Origin: Myxococcota bacterium
GTDB taxonomy: Bacteria > Myxococcota_A > Polyangia > Nannocystales > Nannocystaceae
Direction: 5' to 3'
DNA length: 64,000 nt
Assembly (NCBI GenBank): GCA_039028615.1
Contig: JBCCHT010000002.1
Coordinates: 512,001-576,000 of the forward strand
Under the pieces are notes generated by a model. The model saw only the letters and a list, made by a program, of their open reading frames with translations. It did no database searches and was not told the DNA's origin. This document shows positions 22,945-31,398 of this stretch, in pieces; the first letter of the stretch is position 1; each line of letters opens with the position of its first letter. Position numbers and translations under genes: made by a program.

Positions 22945-23763
22945 ATGTCTCGCTCAGCCTGGTTGTTCACCCTGACGTCCGTCCTCGCCCTCGGCGTGGC
23001 TGCACCGGGCTGCATCGGCAAGCGTCGGCCGCAAGGACGAACGGCCAAGAAAGAGCAACCGTCGCTCGAGCCCGCCAAGCTCGCCCGGCTCATCCAGCCC
23101 CAAGACGTCGACGGCTCCTTCGACGCCTCCATCGAGGGCGACCGCCAGCTCGCCACCTACGACGAACAGGACCCGCAAAAGGGCGCCGCCCTGCCCCTGG
23201 TCACCATCGTCGAGTACAGCGACTTTCAGTGCCCGTACTGCTCGCGGCTGGCCGCCACCATGGACGAGGTCGTCGACGGGTATCCGCAGGACGTGAAGCT
23301 GGTCTTCAAGCAGTTCCCGCTGCCCATGCATGCCCAGGCCGAGCCCGCCGCGCGGGCGTCCCTCGCCGCGCAGGCCCAGGGCAAGTTCTGGCCGATGCAC
23401 GACCTGCTCTTCGCCAACCCCAAGGCGATGTCCGACCGCCAGCTCGAGGACTACGCCCGCCAGATCGGCCTGGACGTCGACCAGTGGAAGACGGACTTCG
23501 CCAACGAGGAGACGGCCAAGCACGTCGAGGCCGAGAAGGTCCAGGGCACCCCGCTGGGCGTGCGCGGTACCCCGAGCTTCTTCATCAACGGCAAGTTCTA
23601 CAGCGGGGCCATGGGCGCCCCTCAGTTGCGCAGCATGATCGACGGCGAGATCCTGGCCGCCAAGGCCCTGCTCAAGGCGGGGGCCAAGCGCGAGGAACTG
23701 TACGCTCGCTTCCTGCACCCCGCCGCAGCCAAGGCCGCGGGTGCTCCCGCCGCGGGCGAGTAG
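22945..23763 (+). CDS. DsbA-like thioredoxin-fold lipoprotein
   Basis: EYSDFQCPYC, FKQFPL, GVRGTPSFFING. Confidence 0.92.
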   Translation: MSRSAWLFTLTSVLALGVAAPGCIGKRRPQGRTAKKEQPSLEPAKLARLIQPQDVDGSFDASIEGDRQLATYDEQDPQKGAALPLVTIVEYSDFQCPYCSRLAATMDEVVDGYPQDVKLVFKQFPLPMHAQAEPAARASLAAQAQGKFWPMHDLLFANPKAMSDRQLEDYARQIGLDVDQWKTDFANEETAKHVEAEKVQGTPLGVRGTPSFFINGKFYSGAMGAPQLRSMIDGEILAAKALLKAGAKREELYARFLHPAAAKAAGAPAAGE

Positions 23764-23778
23764 CCGCGACGCCTCGGC

Positions 23779-24612
23779 TCACTCCCCGTTGAGCGCCTCG
23801 CAGGCGTCGACGTAGCTCGGCGCCGCCGCGGGGCAGAGCGCACCAGGGCCGAGCGCCATGCAAAAGCCTCGCTGGTCGGCGACGCTCAGCGTGCGCACGC
23901 AATCGAGGAACGCGGGGTCGGCATTGTCTCCGTTCGCGTGCTGCAGACAGACGATGCCGTTGGGGTCTTGGTGGGTCAGGTGGTTCGCTGGAGACCACGA
24001 CGTCAGCGCTTCGACATCGTGCCCGGTCACCGGGCGAAACAGCCCCGTGTCGGGATCGAGCACACAGTCGCGCGGATCGAGTTCCCGGGTCTGACAACAC
24101 TGCCGCGCCGGACCGCACACCGTCTCCACGGACGCGGCGTCCCAGGTGGGGTTGCAGGGAGTGGGGCAATCGAGCGCTTCGGCTTCCTGCAGCCCGGGGC
24201 CGACGATGTCCGTCACCCGAATGCACTGCCCGCTCGTGCTCAGGTCGTTGTTGGCCCCGGAAAAGTACGGGAGCTGGCCATCGGCCAGGGCCAGGGACGC
24301 GTAGTCGGGCAGCCCACCGTTGGCCGCCGCGGGGTCGTCGGAACAGCAGCGATAGCCGTTGATGCCGGAATCTCGCCGCGGGTTGCATCCCTCGGCCGAG
24401 AACCCCAGAGCGTTGAGCGGGGCGCCTCCGATGAGTTCGGCGTCCCCGAATCCGCAGGCCTCGGCGGGCTCGCCCGTGGAATCGGCACTGGTCTCGCTCG
24501 AGGGGTCGGCACTCGCTCCGTCGCCGGATCCACCTCCGTCTCCGTCCGTGGGGGACCGGGGCCCACACCCGAGCAAGAGCACGCAGAACAGCGACGGCCA
24601 ACGCAGGTGCAT
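23779..24612 (-). CDS. Cys-rich hypothetical lipoprotein
   Basis: Lipobox LLGC, G/S/D linker, Cys-rich body with CC pairs. Confidence 0.8.
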   Translation of the reverse strand: MHLRWPSLFCVLLLGCGPRSPTDGDGGGSGDGASADPSSETSADSTGEPAEACGFGDAELIGGAPLNALGFSAEGCNPRRDSGINGYRCCSDDPAAANGGLPDYASLALADGQLPYFSGANNDLSTSGQCIRVTDIVGPGLQEAEALDCPTPCNPTWDAASVETVCGPARQCCQTRELDPRDCVLDPDTGLFRPVTGHDVEALTSWSPANHLTHQDPNGIVCLQHANGDNADPAFLDCVRTLSVADQRGFCMALGPGALCPAAAPSYVDACEALNGE

Positions 24613-24690
24613 ACCCCATGGTCCCATCGAGTCGCGGGATACGTCCACGCCGTTCGGGTCTCGAAGACTCCCTCGCGGGCGGCCCGGCGG

Positions 24691-25755
24691 CTACTTTAGG
24701 TCCGTCGAGCGCCAGCCCACCGCCCGCACGGCCCGACTCGAAACCAAGCGCTCGGCGTGGCCTTCGACCAGATCGATGAGCTCGATGCCCTCGCGAGTCG
24801 CAGCGACCATGGTCCACGCATCGGCCGATACGCTGCCATCGTAGTGAATCGTCGACAGCGCGCTGACCTGCGCCAGCTGGTGGCCATCGATGGCGATGCC
24901 GAACCAGTCGGCGGGCAACAGGTGCACGCCATGCCCCTGCACTCGCGGCGGCATGGCGAGTGCATCGATGGTCGTCGCCGAGCGCATGAGGTCGGGGTCT
25001 TCGAGCACGGACACGAACACCCCGCGCCCATCGGGCGAGAACACGGGCAAGCCGAGGTCGTAGACGTCGTCACCATCCACCAGCACACGTAGCGGCGTCC
25101 CGTCGGCGGTGCCCAGGACCACGTCGCGGCTCCATGTCTCCGGATCGATGGCGACCCAGGCCACGTGCACGCCATCGGGAGAGACGGCCGGTTCGGTCGC
25201 CCAGGGAATCTCCACCTCGACTTCGCCCGACGCCCGATTCACCCGCCGCACCGAGGAGGGAGGCTCGTCGCCCTCCTCCGCCACCACGGAGGCGTCTTGC
25301 GCCGCATACCAGACCGACTCGCCGTCGGCGGACCACACGGGACAAAGCGCCCAGATCCCTGCTTCGTCCTCCCCCAGCACATGACGTGGGCCCTGCTCCT
25401 CGAGCTCGACCAACACGCTGCGATCGAAGCCGGCCTCGCCCCCCTGGGCCGGCTCGGTGTAGGCGAGCAGGATCTGCCCCGACTGCGGATGCACGGCCAA
25501 GTCGTAGGCAAACGCACCGCTGGGCAGAGTGAAGAGCGTCTCCACCTCGCCCGCCCCTGGCCGCATCGCCGCCACCCGAAAGTTGGGCGGCCCCCCCTGC
25601 TCGATGAACACCACCTCGGCTGCAAGCTCGAGCGCAGCACCGGAGCCCGACTCCGACTCGAACGTGTCTTCCCCCGAGGACCCACTCGAGTCCCCTCGAC
25701 ATGCCGCGAGCATCAGCGCCCCGACCAGGGCGCTCCATGTCCACCGTGGAGTCAT
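24691..25755 (-). CDS. TolB-like (PD40) beta-propeller lipoprotein
   Basis: Lipobox LAAC; repeats PVWSADG, PAVSPDG, PVFSPDG. Confidence 0.8.
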   Translation of the reverse strand: MTPRWTWSALVGALMLAACRGDSSGSSGEDTFESESGSGAALELAAEVVFIEQGGPPNFRVAAMRPGAGEVETLFTLPSGAFAYDLAVHPQSGQILLAYTEPAQGGEAGFDRSVLVELEEQGPRHVLGEDEAGIWALCPVWSADGESVWYAAQDASVVAEEGDEPPSSVRRVNRASGEVEVEIPWATEPAVSPDGVHVAWVAIDPETWSRDVVLGTADGTPLRVLVDGDDVYDLGLPVFSPDGRGVFVSVLEDPDLMRSATTIDALAMPPRVQGHGVHLLPADWFGIAIDGHQLAQVSALSTIHYDGSVSADAWTMVAATREGIELIDLVEGHAERLVSSRAVRAVGWRSTDLK

Positions 25756-25765
25756 CGAAAAACGC

Positions 25766-26617
25766 CTAGCCTCCCGGCGGTGGACCAGGCGGCATCCCCG
25801 AGTCTTCGACTTCGCCGTGGTAGCAGGTGATGCTGTAGGGCGACATCTCGGTGAGGTGATAGTGGTAGATGCCGTCGGGGCACTCGGGCGTCGCCCCTTC
25901 GTGGCCGCTGCACTCGTCGAGGTCGGCGGGCGGCTCCCCGTCCGCGCCGAAGGGGCCGTACACGGGAAAACCGTCGAGCAGCGCCCCGATGATCACCGAG
26001 TGCTCCCCCGGCGTGTCGACGACATCGGTAATGCAGTAGGGCACGCCGTGATAGTGGTACGTGCCGCCGTCGGGCAACGGATGACCATTGCACGGGTCGA
26101 TGAAGGGCACCCCACCCACATCGAAGTTGTTGTCGAGCGCGACCGAGGTCCCGTCCCCCTCGTAGGGGTTGAAGTACACGCCGCCGCTGATCGCCATGCC
26201 GATGGCACCCAGGCCGGTCTCGGTGACCGTATCCGAGTACACGGGGATCGCGGGGATGGTGATCGACTGGGACGAAGCGTCGACCCCGATCGTCGACCCG
26301 TCCATCAGGGCGTAGGCCTCGAGCACGTCGTGCTCGGGCAGGCCATCGGACTCGAGGACGATGCTCTCCCCGTCCATGGTGACGCTCATGTCGTCGGCCC
26401 ACATCGCCCCGAGAATCGCCTCGGCAATGGCATCGTGGCCCGCCGAGGCGGCTGAGTCCTCGGCCCCCGACTCTCCGTCCGCCGTCGGGTTGCTCCCCGT
26501 GTCTTGCTCGGCACCGGACTCGCCGTCGGCGTCCGCACCGGGTTCGTCAGGGTCGGAACACGCGGACGCCAGGAACCCAATGACGACGAACGAGAGCAGC
26601 CAAGGGCGGGTTTGCAT
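25766..26617 (-). CDS. YHYH-family lipoprotein
   Basis: DPCNGHP..YHYHG, LDGFPVYG, LDECSGH..YHYH; lipobox ASAC. Confidence 0.9.
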   Translation of the reverse strand: MQTRPWLLSFVVIGFLASACSDPDEPGADADGESGAEQDTGSNPTADGESGAEDSAASAGHDAIAEAILGAMWADDMSVTMDGESIVLESDGLPEHDVLEAYALMDGSTIGVDASSQSITIPAIPVYSDTVTETGLGAIGMAISGGVYFNPYEGDGTSVALDNNFDVGGVPFIDPCNGHPLPDGGTYHYHGVPYCITDVVDTPGEHSVIIGALLDGFPVYGPFGADGEPPADLDECSGHEGATPECPDGIYHYHLTEMSPYSITCYHGEVEDSGMPPGPPPGG

Positions 26618-26751
26618 GTCGGCCTACGGTGCAAGAGCCAGGCACTGCAGTCGCCGCATCAATTTCAAACAGTTGCCGCCAGATTCAGGCCACGGCTGCG
26701 AATCTCGCAGGCACGTTTCCTTCATCCGTCGGCAACTCTCGCAGTCATGAC

Positions 26752-26800
26752 GGTGGGTCCGAGGCCCCGAGTAAGGGCGTCCCGAGGCCTCGGACCTACC
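26752..26800 (-). terminator. Long hairpin just downstream of the 26812-27387 gene (terminator or stability element)
   Basis: GGTGGGTCCGAGGCC-N19-GGCCTCGGACCTACC, 14/15 complementary; no clear U-tract. Confidence 0.45.
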
Positions 26801-26811
26801 AGGACCTTCAT

Positions 26812-27387
26812 CTACTCGGCGGGCGCGTCCTCGTCGTCGTGCACGCTCACCTCGACCTCGCGGCGACCATCGGGGTGGTCGGTGATCTCCACGTCGATCT
26901 CTCCGGTCACGCCCTTCGCTCGCAGGTCGTCGATGATCTGCGCGCGGAGCTGTTCGGGATCCTCGGGCTCGCCTTCGGCTGGCATGGGCGTCGCCTCGAC
27001 ATCGAGGGGCGAGACGATCACGGCGTCGGCGGTGAGCCACGGGAACTCGTCCTCGAGCTCGGCCGCGAACTCGTCGTCGGTCGGCATGTCTTGTCCCCAC
27101 AGCTCGACCACGACCTCGGCCGGTCCGCCGTCCTCACCCTTTTTCACCTCGGCCCGGGCACTGCCCACGTCAGCCTGCGACTCGATGTGCTGCAGCAAGG
27201 CGTGAATCTGCTCCATCTCGGCGTGCTCGGCCGGGATGGTCAGCTCGAGGCGGCGCCCCTCGGGGGCTGCTTCACCGTCCCGCATCTCCGTGGGAGACGA
27301 GGTGTCCTCGGCATGCGTGGCGCAAGCGGTGGGGACGAGCAGCAGCGGAATCGCGGCGAGACACAGGAGGCAACGGCGTGGGCTCAT
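26812..27387 (-). CDS. Acidic hypothetical lipoprotein
   Basis: Lipobox PTAC; typical codon bias. Confidence 0.75.
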   Translation of the reverse strand: MSPRRCLLCLAAIPLLLVPTACATHAEDTSSPTEMRDGEAAPEGRRLELTIPAEHAEMEQIHALLQHIESQADVGSARAEVKKGEDGGPAEVVVELWGQDMPTDDEFAAELEDEFPWLTADAVIVSPLDVEATPMPAEGEPEDPEQLRAQIIDDLRAKGVTGEIDVEITDHPDGRREVEVSVHDDEDAPAE

Positions 27388-27614
27388 GATGCTGCTCCCT
27401 ACGAGGCCCCTCCATTTTGGTGACGCGTTCGCGACGGGAAAATCGACGGAGTCGCGCGAACACCGGGACTGCTCGCCCTCGGTCCAATGGGGCAACCCGG
27501 GAGGTCACGACGAAATGGACCGCGAATCCGCTGCGGGAAAACTGTCCGAACCCAACCTCGGTTTCCCCCGATTGGGCAATGATTCTCGCCCATTGACTTC
27601 TATTGACCTGAAGG

Positions 27615-27629
27615 TTGATCCAGATCACA
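27615..27629. promoter_or_regulatory. Candidate CRP/FNR-family binding site
   Basis: TTGAT-CCAG-ATCAC(A), 9/10 to TTGAT-N4-ATCAA, in an AT-rich divergent intergenic region. Confidence 0.4.
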
Positions 27630-27663
27630 GTTGCGCAAATTTTCGCGGATCTAAGCTTCGCGA

Positions 27664-28524
27664 ATGCACCAACGGCTTGCAACTTCGCTTTTCCTAGGGC
27701 TGTGCGCCGCCGCCCTCGGCACCACCGGGTGTGGGGACGACTCGACGGGCGACACCGGCAACGCCGGCTCGACGAGCGAGGCGACGACGACCGACAACGC
27801 CACCACCGAGGTGGCCACCACCGAGGTGGGCGGCACCACCGACAGCACCCCGGCCGACGGCACCACGACCGACGCCGAGGACGAGACCGGCGACGAGTCC
27901 AGCGGCGGCTCGAAGGGCGGATGCCAGGTCTGGGCGATTTCCTACACCCTCGACGGCAGCGAGTTCGAGATCAGCGGGACTCCGGCCGGCGGCGCGGGTG
28001 ACCAGGTCAACACCGTCCAGGAGCCCTACGACGACCCCTCCAACATCGGCCCCGGCTCCGTGACCGTGCACTTCGAGGACGTGGACGGAGCCCCCGGCGG
28101 CCTGGCCACCCTCAACGCGTACGACATGAGCCTGCAGTTCGTGGTCGACTCCGTCGGCGTGACGGTGACCACCGACATCACCACCTCGGCCGGACCGCAG
28201 GAGTGCGGCGTCACGGCCGGGCTGGTCAACGGCACCTCCGTCGCTTGGGCTCCGCCCCAGATCGTGGGCCTCGAGACCGAGGGCAATATCGTCTGCGACG
28301 GCATGCTCTGCGGCATCGCCATGTTCGAGGACGGCGTGCCCGTCGACCAGAGCGGGACCTCCGACCAGACCATCAACAGCTTCGAGTTCACCGAGGACTT
28401 CAGCGGCTTCACGATGGAAGAGGTCGTCGTGCAGATGGACACCAACGCCACGAACTCGTGGATGTACACGGGCACCGAGACCAGCCGCGAGCTCGTCGAC
28501 GCGCCCGACTGCGAGTGCCAGTAA
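27664..28524 (+). CDS. Hypothetical lipoprotein with Thr-rich stalk and acidic beta-rich domain
   Basis: Lipobox TTGC, T/D/E linker, strong codon bias. Confidence 0.85.
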   Translation: MHQRLATSLFLGLCAAALGTTGCGDDSTGDTGNAGSTSEATTTDNATTEVATTEVGGTTDSTPADGTTTDAEDETGDESSGGSKGGCQVWAISYTLDGSEFEISGTPAGGAGDQVNTVQEPYDDPSNIGPGSVTVHFEDVDGAPGGLATLNAYDMSLQFVVDSVGVTVTTDITTSAGPQECGVTAGLVNGTSVAWAPPQIVGLETEGNIVCDGMLCGIAMFEDGVPVDQSGTSDQTINSFEFTEDFSGFTMEEVVVQMDTNATNSWMYTGTETSRELVDAPDCECQ

Positions 28525-28603
28525 CCGCCATCACCTTCGGGTGACGCGGCAGGGCCAGGTGGCGTGCATGCGCTCCCTGGCCCTGTTCATTGGTTCGAGC
28601 CCC

Positions 28604-29815
28604 TCAGTACTCGACCAGCAGCCCCGCGGGCGGCTGGGCCACGCCGCGGTCCGTCTCCGGGTCGATCCAGTCGCTCAGCTCGTCGGCCAGCCCGATCAGC
28701 AGCTGAGTGCCGAGCCGCGGCCGTCGCTTGCACAACGAGCGGAAGACCTCCGTCTCGAGCACGATGACCTGGGTATCGACCTCGGCGGTGAGCGTGGCCG
28801 GGCAGTGCCGCGAGGCGACCAGGGTGGTGGCCCCGATGCCGCTGCCGCGCTCGAGGTGGGCGAAGTGTCCGCTGGGCAGCTCCCAGCGCAAGCGACCGTC
28901 GAGCACCACGTGCAGCGCTCCGTTGCTGTGACCGTGCTCGATGAGCACCTCGCCCGCCGCGTGCTGCCGGACCGTCATGTCGTCTGCCACGCGGGCCAGG
29001 TCGGCCAGCGACAGCGCAGCGAAGATCGGCACCTTGCACAGCGCCTCCACCACCGGGCGGCTGAGCCCCTCGCCGCCGCCCCCGTGGCGCCAGGCCACCG
29101 CGGTGATGTTGTCGCGCGAGCCGGCCTCCTTGGCGCGCTCGACCAGGCCCCGCAGGGCGGGCTCGAGATCGTGGGAGCCTTCGAGCACGTCGACCACGTG
29201 CTCGGGCGGATCGAGAGCCGGGTTGAGCCCATCGGAGCACAGCAGCAGCAGGTCGCCGGGGTGCACCTCGAGCAGCAGCGTCTCGACCATCACCGAGGCC
29301 TGCGACCCGACGTTGCGCGTCAGCACCCGCGAGTGAGGGTGCCCGGGCACCGTCTCGCGAGCGATCGCCCCCCCCCGATACAGCTCGGCGGCCAGGGTGT
29401 GATCGGTGCTGATCTGCTCGAGCACGCCGTCGCGCAGCAGGAAGAGCCGGCTGTCGCCCACGTGCCCCATGATGGCCTTTTCGCCCTCGACCAGCACCGC
29501 GGTGAGCGTGGTGCTCATGCCCGCCAGCGCCCGCTTCTCGGTGGCCTCGCGATGCACGGTGGCGCACGCGGACTCCATCGCGCGCTGCATCACCACCCAG
29601 GCCGGATCGCGAGACTCGGGGTCGCCCCGCCACGCCGCGATGGCATCGCGCAGCACCTGCACCGCCATGGCCGAGGCCACGTCCCCCGCCTGCCGTCCGC
29701 CCACGCCATCGGCGACGACGTACAGACCCAGGGCGTCGTCGGCGAAGCAAGAATCCTGGTTGTCCTCGCGGAGCCCCACATCGGAGACCGCGGCGCTGAT
29801 TGAAGTGGTGCTCAT
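28604..29815 (-). CDS. PP2C-type Ser/Thr phosphatase with C-terminal cNMP-binding domain
   Basis: REDNQD, VADGVGG, GHVGDSR, DHT, CSDGL, DNIT; then IFAALS..GEVLIEHG..LHVVLDG. Confidence 0.9.
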   Translation of the reverse strand: MSTTSISAAVSDVGLREDNQDSCFADDALGLYVVADGVGGRQAGDVASAMAVQVLRDAIAAWRGDPESRDPAWVVMQRAMESACATVHREATEKRALAGMSTTLTAVLVEGEKAIMGHVGDSRLFLLRDGVLEQISTDHTLAAELYRGGAIARETVPGHPHSRVLTRNVGSQASVMVETLLLEVHPGDLLLLCSDGLNPALDPPEHVVDVLEGSHDLEPALRGLVERAKEAGSRDNITAVAWRHGGGGEGLSRPVVEALCKVPIFAALSLADLARVADDMTVRQHAAGEVLIEHGHSNGALHVVLDGRLRWELPSGHFAHLERGSGIGATTLVASRHCPATLTAEVDTQVIVLETEVFRSLCKRRPRLGTQLLIGLADELSDWIDPETDRGVAQPPAGLLVEY

Positions 29816-29862
29816 GGTGGCCTCGACTGGAGACCGTTTCTAACACGCTACCCCGCCGCCGT

Positions 29863-31311
29863 TCACAGGGGGATGTACAGCAGCTGTAGACCATCGACGA
29901 GCGCGGGGCTGTTGCAGCTGAACTGGAGCCCCTCGGTGGAGTCGAGCTGTATGCCCGCGCTCGCCTCGGCCCCGGCATTGGCGCTGTTGATGCCGTTTTG
30001 CGTGTCTACGTAGCAGACGTCGATCCTGCCCGTGAGCTCGTGGAGCACGACCTGAAAGCGCATGAGGTCGACCGCGTCCCCCCCGAAGTTGGCCGTGTCC
30101 CACTGCACCACGAAGCGCTGGTCCCCGGGAACGCCGAGCATCTGGTGGTAGACCTCGCCCGCTCCCACCGCGGGGTTGAGATCGTCCCAGAACACGTACA
30201 GCACGTTGCTCGCGGGCTCCGTGCTCGTGGGCAGGCAGGTGTTGCCGAAGCCCAAGTACGAGTCGTCGCCCCACCGCAGCGTGCCGTTGGACTGAATGTT
30301 CACCGTCGCGTGGTCGACTCCGTAGAGCGGGAAATCGAAGCCCATGGGGACCTCGACGTTGCTGTCGTCGCTCAACCCCGTGGCCGTGCCCGTAAAGCTG
30401 ATGTCGTCGCACGTGGGGAAGGCGGGGGCCAGCGAGTAGCCGCTGTAGCCCGAGTCGCTGCCGAAGGGCGTCGCCGGAATGTCGCAGCTGGCCAGGTCGA
30501 GCTGGCAGCCGCCCGTGCAGCCCAAGCTCCCGCCCGTCAGACCGAGCGTCCCGCAGCTCGCCCCGCCGAGCTCGGTGCCATCGCAGCTCTCGGTCCCGTC
30601 GATGATGCCGTTGCCGCACAGACCACACGCGCTCGGGTCCACCGCGGAACAGTCGGGCGTGCACTGCAGGACCCCGCTGTCGAAGCCACGCGCGAGGCAG
30701 GTCTGGCCGCGAACATCGGCCCCATCGCAGACTTCGCCGCCGTCCGCCACGAGGTTGCCGCAGCTCCCACAGCCGCTGGTATCGAGCGCGTTGCAGGTGA
30801 GCACGCAGGCGAGCTCGCCGCTGTCGAAGCCTTCGCTCTGGCACGAGGCCCCGCCGAAGTCGTCGGCGTCACACAGCTCGGGACCTTCCTGCACGCCGTC
30901 TCCGCAGGTGGGCGGCAGGATGCAGCCGGTCAGGTCGTAGCCCGAGCAATCGTCCAGGCACGCCAGCGCTCCGCCCTCGAGCCCCTGATCGGTGCAGTCT
31001 TGCCCGACCAGGTCGGCGCCATCGCAGACCTCGCCCGCCTCGGCGACGCCGTCGCCACAGACGATCGGCGAGCCCGAGGAGGAGCTGGAATCGACCGCGG
31101 CCGTCGTCTCCGCCGCCGTGGTCCCGGGCTCGCCCGAGCTGTCGAGCGCCGCCGTGGTGTCGGATTCGGACGGACCCGCGGACCCGCCCGTGCCCGTCGT
31201 ATCCGCGCTCGTCGTCGATGCGCTCGGCTCCGGCGTCGCGGCGACGTCGTCGCTGGGGCATCCCATGGACAACGCGCTCGAGGCCGCGAGAGAGTAGAGG
31301 TCGATTCGCAC
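29863..31311 (-). CDS. Lipoprotein with four myxobacterial Cys-rich repeats and C-terminal nidogen(NIDO)-like domain
   Basis: 4x CG(D/N)xxxxxxExCD repeats; DDS..MGFDFPLYG..SNG..VFWDDL..FVVQW..FQVVL. The part of the listed ORF above 31311 is antisense to the CotH gene. Confidence 0.85.
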   Translation of the reverse strand: MRIDLYSLAASSALSMGCPSDDVAATPEPSASTTSADTTGTGGSAGPSESDTTAALDSSGEPGTTAAETTAAVDSSSSSGSPIVCGDGVAEAGEVCDGADLVGQDCTDQGLEGGALACLDDCSGYDLTGCILPPTCGDGVQEGPELCDADDFGGASCQSEGFDSGELACVLTCNALDTSGCGSCGNLVADGGEVCDGADVRGQTCLARGFDSGVLQCTPDCSAVDPSACGLCGNGIIDGTESCDGTELGGASCGTLGLTGGSLGCTGGCQLDLASCDIPATPFGSDSGYSGYSLAPAFPTCDDISFTGTATGLSDDSNVEVPMGFDFPLYGVDHATVNIQSNGTLRWGDDSYLGFGNTCLPTSTEPASNVLYVFWDDLNPAVGAGEVYHQMLGVPGDQRFVVQWDTANFGGDAVDLMRFQVVLHELTGRIDVCYVDTQNGINSANAGAEASAGIQLDSTEGLQFSCNSPALVDGLQLLYIPL

Positions 31312-31398
31312 CGCGGATCCAATGTACGCGGATGCGCTCGTGGAAGCCACGCGTAGATCGAGCACCGCCGACACCATTGCGCTGGTACACTCGTCGAC

